Source: a virus (Duplodnaviria > Caudoviricetes). From it: a stretch of DNA of 64,000 nt. Numbering within the stretch: the first letter of the stretch is position 1; the number at the start of each line of letters is the position of its first letter. The translations under genes and the position numbers were made by a program. The stretch is taken from the IMG/VR virus record IMGVR_UViG_3300029305_003510, positions 1 through 64,000 of that record; one strand, written 5' to 3'. Below the pieces are notes generated by a model that searched no databases, was not told where the DNA came from, and saw only the letters and a list, made by a program, of their open reading frames with translations. This document shows positions 48,666 through 57,300 of this stretch, piece by piece.

Positions 48666-48779
48666 ATGTAAAACCGCTTAGATTATCACATTTGTTGCTC
48701 GCATAGGAGCGATGTCGTTATTAGATGCCAGCAAGTGGCACAATCTCATTTATACAAACAGTTTTCAGCGATGTTACAT
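48666..48779 (-). ncRNA. Candidate structured ncRNA (~115 nt)
   Basis: Stems AAAACTGTTT/AAGCGGTTTT, AGATTGT/ATAATCT, TGCCA/TGGCA and GCTC/GAGC. Confidence 0.4.
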
Positions 48780-48785
48780 TCAAAC

Positions 48786-49032
48786 GGATGTAGGTATGGA
48801 TTTGCACCATACATAAGCACACTTCCTTCTGACGATAAAATCGTTCATGGGCTAACAGGCGTCACCATGATCGGATGGATTACCACTACTTGCGATTAGC
48901 CGGGTCTACCATACCTGCACTCTTACCGACATCACAGTAGTTTGGGTATTGTGCTCTTACCTTTAAGCGTCTACTTGTTGTCACCAATAGCAGTGACTTT
49001 ACCACAATTAGTGTCTATTCCGCCACTACATC
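48786..49032 (-). ncRNA. Giant tRNA-framed RNA (247 nt)
   Basis: Perfect acceptor GATGTAG/CTACATC; Leu-type D arm GGCGGAATAG..GTAGACGC with an insert; T arm GTATGG-TGCAAAT-CCATAC; ~150-nt structured anticodon domain. Confidence 0.65.
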
Positions 49033-49036
49033 ACGA

Positions 49037-49050
49037 TTATAAATATTGTT
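49037..49050 (-). promoter_or_regulatory. Putative late promoter for the ncRNA cluster
   Basis: AACAATATTTATAA, 4 nt upstream of the 247-nt RNA. Confidence 0.5.
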
Positions 49051-49430
49051 TAGGTGTCAATCTCAATATAAATGAGTCGACCAGTGCGACTGATATCAAA
49101 GATCTCTTTGATAAAATCCTCATTGATTGTAGAAGAGTCATATGCAAACTCATAATTCTCGGAGATATAATCAAGAACCTCATCGATCTTGTCATCCATC
49201 AGTTCCTCAATTACATCGGCCATAGTTTTACTGAGTTCTTTATCAGTGATGTTGATATCTTTCTTTCTACGAAGAATAAAACCAGAATTCTTTGTCGTCT
49301 GAAGCTCAACAACATCACCATAATCTTCACAAATCGCTTTTGTTACCGATTTGGCAAGATCCTTCATATCATACAACGTCAGCAAAGTGTGCATCACCGA
49401 CAGATGCACATATTTGTCATTCATTTTCAT
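49050..49430 (-). CDS. Hypothetical protein
   Basis: 126-aa ORF with G-rich SD. Confidence 0.65.
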   Translation of the reverse strand: MKMNDKYVHLSVMHTLLTLYDMKDLAKSVTKAICEDYGDVVELQTTKNSGFILRRKKDINITDKELSKTMADVIEELMDDKIDEVLDYISENYEFAYDSSTINEDFIKEIFDISRTGRLIYIEIDT

Positions 49431-49552
49431 ATTTAGTATACCCCCAAAAGTTTCTTTGAAAAATTGGAATCCCTCAGCGATTCCTAAATATACATTATGT
49501 CTTGAAACTAAAAACTGAAGTGATGAATCTATATCGCTGTTAATAATTCTTT

Positions 49553-50233
49553 TTATACTTCTCCTATTTTCTGGAGAACAATCCTACCAACGGAGATTCC
49601 TTCTTTGATTGTTTTACGGCTCTTCAATTTCTTATAAATGTAATCAGATTCATGCTTCACTAAATATCTAACTGTGATTTCCACACGAGGAAGCAAACTG
49701 TACCATTTACTAATCTCTCCTCGCCAGAAGATATCATCATCTGCAATTAGTACATCAGTGAGCATATCAGTATAGCACTTCTCAATGTTATCATAATCTG
49801 GTTTATCAACTGGATTTAATAATTGCGCCTCAAATAAAATCACCTCATCTGGTGGAACTTTGTTTGGCATTTCAAGGAAAATATTAAAAGATATCTCCGC
49901 AGGAGTGTTGATCATATGCAATGTATCAACAACCTGTTTCATTGCTTTTTCAAAATACTTTTTATTCGCAGATGCATTCGGAGAAAACGTGTGTCCATTG
50001 GCAGTGCGAGGCCTGTCTGTCTTCATAGGATACTCATACAGCACTATTCGAATGGATTCATATTCCCGTTCTTTCATGATAAGAAGTGCCTTCTCACGGG
50101 CTTTCTTGATCCATTTATCTGGATTCTTCTGTGTAGAAAGATATTGACGCACACGCTCTGTTGCATCAGTAATTCGATCATGATACTTTGCATCGTATTC
50201 GGCAAGTTTCTGATCTCGAGATTTAATCTTCAT
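49553..50233 (-). CDS. rusA: RusA-like Holliday junction resolvase
   Basis: KTDRPR; KPDYDNIEKCYTDML; IADDD; K.Y...PRVEI. Confidence 0.8.
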   Translation of the reverse strand: MKIKSRDQKLAEYDAKYHDRITDATERVRQYLSTQKNPDKWIKKAREKALLIMKEREYESIRIVLYEYPMKTDRPRTANGHTFSPNASANKKYFEKAMKQVVDTLHMINTPAEISFNIFLEMPNKVPPDEVILFEAQLLNPVDKPDYDNIEKCYTDMLTDVLIADDDIFWRGEISKWYSLLPRVEITVRYLVKHESDYIYKKLKSRKTIKEGISVGRIVLQKIGEV

Positions 50234-50286
50234 AACGAAGTACCACCTTCATCATTATTATATTTTTATCTCTGTGATCAAAAGAT

Positions 50287-50318
50287 AACGAGACGGACAG
50301 TAAGCCCGTCTCGTTTTT
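50287..50318 (-). terminator. Intrinsic terminator
   Basis: AACGAGACGG..CCGTCTCGTT. Confidence 0.6.
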
Positions 50319-50325
50319 CTTATTC

Positions 50326-51930
50326 TTATACGTTCTTCGTATACTGCAGAGAAATCCAACCGCCGGTATTAAGTCTACCCCAGCCGTTCTTCTCTTCAAC
50401 GATCTGATATACACCGCGATCTCGAATACACTGTGCAACTTTATAAGTAGTACCAGGACCAGTACGAACATTCAGTGCAGTTGCAGTAACACGGACATTA
50501 CGAGGCAGTGCATTTTCATTGGAAACAGATACAGCTTCAGCGATATCCTTAGCATCAACCCAGCCGTACACGTTGGAGCCTCCACCAGAAATAGCCACTA
50601 GATGATACGGATGTTTGCCCTTTGCATAAATTTGCGTAATCTTGGCTTTACCAGGCTTACAAGCAGGACCGGAAGTAGCATTGGCAGAACTGAAATGCTT
50701 GGTACCAATGAAGTTGACGATAGCACCAACCTTCAGATCCGTCGCAGTGTTAGTAGTGGTTCCAGAAGGAATGGTAGTTGTCGTAGTAGACTTCGCGTAC
50801 TTGTTGTAATAGTTCTGACCATACTCCGCACGCTTCTTCTGAACAGACTCGCTCTGGTTTGCCGGACGTTCAAATTTCAAAAGAACGACATCAGAAGCCT
50901 CACGAACAGAGGTAGCATTCTTCAAAACCTTCAGCACAGCTGCATAAGATTCAGACATTTCCTTCATAAGGAAATCACACTGCATCTTCCAGTCACCGAT
51001 ACTCTTCTTGACAGACTTCGCATATTTCAGAAGATTATCCTTACGAGACCAGTAAGTCCACTGAGCAAGACCATATCCCGCAGAGTCTTTCCCAAAGTTT
51101 TTATACTTTCCGTTATCAACGGCTTCCGTATAAGAAGCATCAGTATAACCAAGCTTCTTCTCGAACGTATTCTGAAGATTATTGGAACGCAGACCAGATT
51201 CTGCATACAGGTTGCCCATAAGACCGGCAACACCAAAAGCGTTCCCAATCTTAGAAAGCAGATAGTCATACATAGACTTCTCATCCGCAGCAGAACCAGT
51301 GCTTACTGTACCAGATACAGTAGTAGCGGTATTAGAAGTGCTAGGCGTAGTAGCTGCAACAGTCTGATCACTGTAATCAATGTACGGAAGCTTGCCGTGC
51401 TTAGTCCATACACGAGCATTATAACCAGCCTTGTTACCAATATTACCAACAGCGGTAATCTGGACGTTATTGCTCCAACGAGGAGTGCACTCCACTGCAA
51501 GTCCATTACCAATGTATACACCGATATGACCAGCGCACCAGACCGCCTCGCCAGGAACCATGTTATCCCAACCGGTGGTAGATACACCTGTACATACTTT
51601 GATCATCTGATCTGCGCCAATATCAGGTACACCATTGCTGGTATAGGTAGCTCCGCCATAAATTTTGCTAGCATCACCGAACCATCCCCACAGAATACCT
51701 TTAATGAGACAGACACAGTCAAATCCAAAGGTATCAGAAGATGCTGCGTTGATCATAGCTTTGCGACTCGCCTGCGCATTATAGTTATTATGAGCACCAT
51801 TATTAATGTAACGATTTTTATTCGTTGCATTCATTGGTGCACCAAAACAGCCAATAACATACAGAGTCTTGTGATTCTTAGCGACATCGACCAGTTTGTC
51901 GATGAAAACTTTAGATTTCATAGCACTCAT
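50326..51930 (-). CDS. Multidomain cell-wall hydrolase: NlpC/P60-like + Phage_lysozyme2-like + SH3b
   Basis: FDCVCLIKG/GHIGVYIG; GLMGNLYAESGL, GYGLAQWT and FERPA; LNVRTGPGT..GWGRL..GWISL. Confidence 0.85.
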   Translation of the reverse strand: MSAMKSKVFIDKLVDVAKNHKTLYVIGCFGAPMNATNKNRYINNGAHNNYNAQASRKAMINAASSDTFGFDCVCLIKGILWGWFGDASKIYGGATYTSNGVPDIGADQMIKVCTGVSTTGWDNMVPGEAVWCAGHIGVYIGNGLAVECTPRWSNNVQITAVGNIGNKAGYNARVWTKHGKLPYIDYSDQTVAATTPSTSNTATTVSGTVSTGSAADEKSMYDYLLSKIGNAFGVAGLMGNLYAESGLRSNNLQNTFEKKLGYTDASYTEAVDNGKYKNFGKDSAGYGLAQWTYWSRKDNLLKYAKSVKKSIGDWKMQCDFLMKEMSESYAAVLKVLKNATSVREASDVVLLKFERPANQSESVQKKRAEYGQNYYNKYAKSTTTTTIPSGTTTNTATDLKVGAIVNFIGTKHFSSANATSGPACKPGKAKITQIYAKGKHPYHLVAISGGGSNVYGWVDAKDIAEAVSVSNENALPRNVRVTATALNVRTGPGTTYKVAQCIRDRGVYQIVEEKNGWGRLNTGGWISLQYTKNV

Positions 51931-51954
51931 GATATATAGTCTCCTTTCATAAGC

Positions 51955-51967
51955 TTATATAAGAGTT
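51955..51967 (-). promoter_or_regulatory. Putative late promoter AACT-N4-TATAA
   Basis: AACTCTTATATAA. Confidence 0.55.
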
Positions 51968-51970
51968 CTA

Positions 51971-54244
51971 TCACACCCCGAAAAGACCAGCTCTGGCACT
52001 TACTCTGGCCAATTTATTGGAAATGTTGGCCATGAAGTTACTGCCAAGAGAACCAAACACACTCAGCTGACTGGATGCAAATAGAGATAATCTTTCAGCA
52101 ATAGAAATACGATTCATATTCACACCAGAAAGAGTTCCAATAAGATCCATCAGACCAGTGTTATTCATGAAGCATTTAATATTACCAGTAAGACCATCAC
52201 CATAAAATTCAGTCATAGAAAGTGTATGATAAAGATCTTTGAAGCTAATAGAAACATCCATCTGTGTGGGAATACCATCTTCAGAGATCATATCGCCATC
52301 TCCAAATCTCTTCCAGGTGATAGACTCAATGATGCCCATTTCCACATTAAAATATCCCTTAGAGTATGCACGAATCAAGAAAGGTGCACTATACTGAGAA
52401 GTATTCTTATCAGATTTAGGAGCAGCAAGAGCAAAGAGATGGAAAAATGGCACAAGTACATAGCGCCATTTACAGAATGCAGTAGCATATGGTGCGATGA
52501 AATGCATGTCGATATCATACGATCTAGAATGACTAGAATCACCCCAAATCTCAGGAAAACGCATATTCATACCATGAAGTGTATTTTCACCCCATACAGT
52601 AATACGATCTATTACGTTCTGCAAACCTGCAAGCGCTCCTATATTCAACTGTGATGTAGCTTGCTGCACATAGTTGGCTGAATCAAAGATCTCATTTGCA
52701 CCAGATCCAGTATAACCAGTAATAAACTCTAACTCACGAGCCTTGGATGAGAGATCATTGAAGAATGAAGCAAACTGTGAATCTGCTGTAGAGTTCTGAA
52801 TTGTATCACTGACCGAGGACTGAGGATCGAATGCGAATGACACACCAGCGGATAGACCCATAACCTGTTCGAAAATAGAGAAGTCCTGTTCGGCTGCAGT
52901 GTTATAATCTCCCCAGTCAAAATCAGAACAAGATTTACCATGGTATCGAACCTTTCCGAGCCCCATCAATTGTGCTGATGTTCTACAGAGAGAATTTACA
53001 TACTTATAGTATTTAGCCGTATCTACTTCCATACTATAATAATTATAGTCACCCTCAATATCATTCAGACCCTCAAGAATGCTGCCGTATTCTGTGTCAC
53101 TTTGTGCAGAAAACATCGGCATAAACGTATTCTTTACATTATTCACAGTTTCAGATACATATCCGCCTACACCTTTTTTGACAGATGTAAGGAATTTAGG
53201 TCTGCCGGGAGCGAGTACGACAATCGGCATATTAGCAGCAATATCTTTTGCAAAAGACCTGCCATATGCATCGACATTACCACTAGCCACAGCGCCATAT
53301 GTATCGGCACTACTATCCATATTCGACTTGCCCCGATAGGTTCCATCATACGCAAGAGTATCACGTCTATCTGTAATAAACGTATACTGGAAAGGCATAC
53401 CGTGGACAAAGAGCATACGACCAATAGGAATACTCATCATAGAGCTATCCACATAAGCACTATAGTCATATCCATATGCTTCATACAGTGCCTCCATGTT
53501 CGCATTCATATCCATCTGATTGATGACAACATCATCTTCACCAGCAGCATCACCATCCACACTAAAATCAGGAACATCAACACTATCACCATCTGGTGTT
53601 GTTACGGTATTGGGATCCTGCTCAACTGTATTTTCGCCAGCAGTATAAGTACCAGCAGAAGCGGTCATCATACGAGCGGTTCTCAAATATGGATTATTAT
53701 ATCGAATAGTAACACCATCAGGTGATTGCACTGCGCGATCTAAGGTAATCCACATTCCAACAACGGTCTGGTCGGCACTGGCAGACTGTGCAATATGGTA
53801 TCGGGTTTCAATCATACCATTGATATTAACTTCAATCTTTTTATCACACATTAACCTATCACCAATGATCAAACCATTGGATTCAGCCGAAGATCCGCTA
53901 TATGAAGAAAATACTTTCGCTCCAGATGCTTTAATGATAAGTTCTACCTGCACAGGAATAGCTCCGTTGGCTTCTACTTCCGGAATGATCTCCTCTTCAT
54001 CCAGAATTGGCATTACTTGCAGCATTGTAGCAGGGCACCAATATCCAACAGGAACATTCTCATCATTAGAACTCTCACTAATATAAAAGAGCTCCAAAGT
54101 ACCAGAGATAAACTGCTTTCTAGAATAAAACTCTGTACCTTCAGGGAGTAATACTGTGGATGGTACGGTATCATACACGGAGTGAAACAGTCGTGTAGTT
54201 CGGATACATTTACATACCATTGAATTTGTTACAAAATCGGCCAT
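51971..54244 (-). CDS. Baseplate hub/tube-like protein (T4 gp48-type C-terminal domain)
   Basis: FPEIWGDSSHSRSY, PFLIRAYSKG and GIPTQMDVSISFKDL; follows the tape-measure-like gene. Confidence 0.6.
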   Translation of the reverse strand: MADFVTNSMVCKCIRTTRLFHSVYDTVPSTVLLPEGTEFYSRKQFISGTLELFYISESSNDENVPVGYWCPATMLQVMPILDEEEIIPEVEANGAIPVQVELIIKASGAKVFSSYSGSSAESNGLIIGDRLMCDKKIEVNINGMIETRYHIAQSASADQTVVGMWITLDRAVQSPDGVTIRYNNPYLRTARMMTASAGTYTAGENTVEQDPNTVTTPDGDSVDVPDFSVDGDAAGEDDVVINQMDMNANMEALYEAYGYDYSAYVDSSMMSIPIGRMLFVHGMPFQYTFITDRRDTLAYDGTYRGKSNMDSSADTYGAVASGNVDAYGRSFAKDIAANMPIVVLAPGRPKFLTSVKKGVGGYVSETVNNVKNTFMPMFSAQSDTEYGSILEGLNDIEGDYNYYSMEVDTAKYYKYVNSLCRTSAQLMGLGKVRYHGKSCSDFDWGDYNTAAEQDFSIFEQVMGLSAGVSFAFDPQSSVSDTIQNSTADSQFASFFNDLSSKARELEFITGYTGSGANEIFDSANYVQQATSQLNIGALAGLQNVIDRITVWGENTLHGMNMRFPEIWGDSSHSRSYDIDMHFIAPYATAFCKWRYVLVPFFHLFALAAPKSDKNTSQYSAPFLIRAYSKGYFNVEMGIIESITWKRFGDGDMISEDGIPTQMDVSISFKDLYHTLSMTEFYGDGLTGNIKCFMNNTGLMDLIGTLSGVNMNRISIAERLSLFASSQLSVFGSLGSNFMANISNKLARVSARAGLFGV

Positions 54245-54264
54245 ATTCTATCTCCTTTCCACAA

Positions 54265-54306
54265 AATAAAAAGAAGAGGGACACAGGGTGATACCTGTGT
54301 CCCTCT
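54265..54306 (-). terminator. Intrinsic terminator
   Basis: AGAGGGACACAGG..CCTGTGTCCCTCT with a minus-strand U-tract. Confidence 0.65.
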
Positions 54307-54325
54307 CGACATCTTGAACGCCCGG

Positions 54326-57300
54326 TTATATGCTTGTCAACCGGTTAATGGTTAGTGCTCCAACATCCTCGGGATTCTTATCACCATTGGGATAATGAGG
54401 CTGAACCGTAGGGAGACTAGAGTTTGAGTTGATGGAAGATGTGCTATCATCAGCAGTTTTCTCTGTATTCTTACTGATCTTAGTAAGCAGATCCACCATC
54501 GTTGCCATACTAGCAGCAATAACTTGCAGTGCATCAGTGTACTCACCGGGGGCTCCACCAGAAGAACTAGCACCAACAGCTTCAGTAATTTTCTCAGTAA
54601 GAGTGGCAACTGTGCTGTCAGTCTGAGCTTCATCACGAGCTTTATCGAACTGTGCATTAATTCTGCGTACATCAGCCATGATAGCAGAATGACTATCAGA
54701 CATATCCGCAACACCACGACCCCAACCTGGACCAGCACCGGTAGTGGGATTATCGACATTCGCATAGGTATTATAGATCTGTGCGGCGGATTGTGCACGA
54801 GCAGCAAGCTGTTCCTGACCCTTACTGGTACTAGACCAACCACTGTACATCTCAAAGTTATCCAGACCAATCTGAGCGCCATGTTCGGGAGATGTTGCTT
54901 GATTCAATTTCTCTTTAAGTCCGGAGAAAGATGTAGATGTCTCATGCTCAAAGAACTTCAGCTGTGTAGATAGTTCACGCCAGTCAAGGTTGTTATCAAC
55001 CGCAAACTTGAACAAATTATAACCGCGAGGACCAGTCCACTGTGCAAGGCCGATACCTGGATAATAGTTACCATCAGAGCCCTTATATGCGCCTCTATTG
55101 ATACTAATATCAGAGTTATCATATGCGCGGAAAAGTCTCTCAGTCCAATCGTTCAAAGCCGCATTACTGGACAGAACCTGATCATGTCCGGGGAATCCAG
55201 ACAGATAGTCACCTTCAACTCGAGCTGAAGTATTGCCAGATTCATGTTGCCAGCAACCCATAATACCTGCAGCACCTTCAGGTGTGTAACCTTCTTTCTG
55301 CAGATAGTTCCAAATCTCAGATTTATGCTGAGTAGGATCAGTCTTACCGGCAGATGCGCCGAAACTAAAGTTTGTGCCGCCAACAACACCACCGCTAGAA
55401 CCAACTTTACGTCCAGTCGTGACAGTATTGCCATTTTCGTCTACAGTCTCACTACTGAGAGTTCCACCGAGAAGCACGGTCATAATGTCATCCATCTGAC
55501 TACCGATACTACTGAATACGGTACTGAGAGCAGACATAGTATCCATACCAGTCACATCAGGTATACTGCTCCCTGTAGAAGAATATGCTGTTGTCGATCC
55601 AACTACAGCGGTGCCACCCAAACTTGTACCACCAACCATAGCTCGTTGACTCATATCCAAGGGCAGTAGATTATCAATCGATCCCTTACCGTCCTTGGTG
55701 AATGCCCAGAAGTTTTTACCCTCACTTGCAAAAATACTAGGATCCCAAACTTTCTCAGTTCTTGTTGTAGATGCAGGATCATTTACAAGGATCATTCCAT
55801 TTCTCGTACCAACGAGATCGATAAAATGTCCACCATTTGTAAAATGACCTTTACTCATACTAGCAAGAATTGGAACACCAGATGCGAGTGTATCAACAAG
55901 TTGACTGGCAGGAACAGTCTTGATATCAAGACCATATTCTTCAGCAAGTGCAGGGAATAATGCCCATGCTGTGCCGTTATTAGATGTGCGATGGCCGTGT
56001 GCAACAGACCAATCAGCAACACCAGGGGGATCTGCAGGAATACCAAACGATCTAAGAATCATGGCAGCAGACGTGGGACCACATGCAGAAGACTTCATTG
56101 TCTGACTGGAATCCCCGATACTGGAATACATCTTAGTTGCCCAACGAGAGTCGCCCTGGAGATAAAACGGAAAATTATTCTTATACTCTACACTGGTATC
56201 AACATTTGCATCTGTAGCATTCTCGGGAGTTGCTTCATCATCAGCGCCATATCGTTCGGGGCCGCCCTTACCATAGGAGTAAATCGCATTCTTGGTATTA
56301 TCTAACAGGCCCTTCATTGTTGTAGATTTCCGACTACCGGTCAGAGGATCAACGAGACCAACTCCGCCCTTGCCAGTCATCCTATCCGCAACCATGTAGT
56401 GCATATTCTTACCATATGCGCCACCCTTACCCATTACAACAACAGGCTGACCTTTACGCAGATTTGCTGCCATTGCATTGGAATTTACAGGACCTTCAGA
56501 CATACCATAGCCGTGAGATGCAGCATATTGACCAAAGAACGCAGGATTGGTTCCACCATCAGAAGCTCGCATACCCATGCTGTAACTCATACGATTCGCT
56601 TCACCGGGAGTAGAGCCTCGCGCACCGTAAGCGGAAGACACCATAGCAGCAGCAGTAGGGCCGCAACCAGCCTTAGCCATAGCTTGAGAGTCCTGATTCC
56701 ACTTTCCAGAGCGCTGGCTCATAGGAGTGACAGATCCAGTTCCCCATTCAGAGATATCATAACCATCACCGCCACCAAACCAACCCTTCACTGTGCTCCA
56801 TGCATTAGACGCGCCAGTCTTGATCTTATTCCAAACGCCGGATGCGCCAGATTTAATTCTACTCCACATAGAGGTATCCCCAGACTTCGCAGCACTGGAC
56901 GCAACTGCAGCAGTTGCCATTGCAGAACTGATAGAAGCATTAGAACCTTCAGTCTCTTTCATATCAGCAATCAAAGAAGAACCGAGCCCTTCACCGATAA
57001 TACCGAAAATATTCGGAAGCTTCGATTTATCTTTATAGATATCCTGCATCATATTGATCAGTGATTGACCGATACCAAATCCAGCATTTATGATAGTTTC
57101 ACTAAGCTGTTTGGGGTTCTTGATAAACTCAGTAACCTTACCAATGATACCACCGTTTCCGTCAGCACCAGTAACAGAAGCTACCTTATCTTTCACTGCA
57201 CTGGCAATACGAGAAATAATGCCTTGCTGCGCAACTGCAACGCCAGACGGCACTCCCATTCCCCATTCACCATATCCAGGACCGCTACCAAAGATTCCGC

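Noticed and set aside
48942-49436. Plus-strand 164-aa ORF over the ncRNA region
   Set aside because: It is antisense to the 126-aa gene and the tRNA-framed RNA, with no SD.
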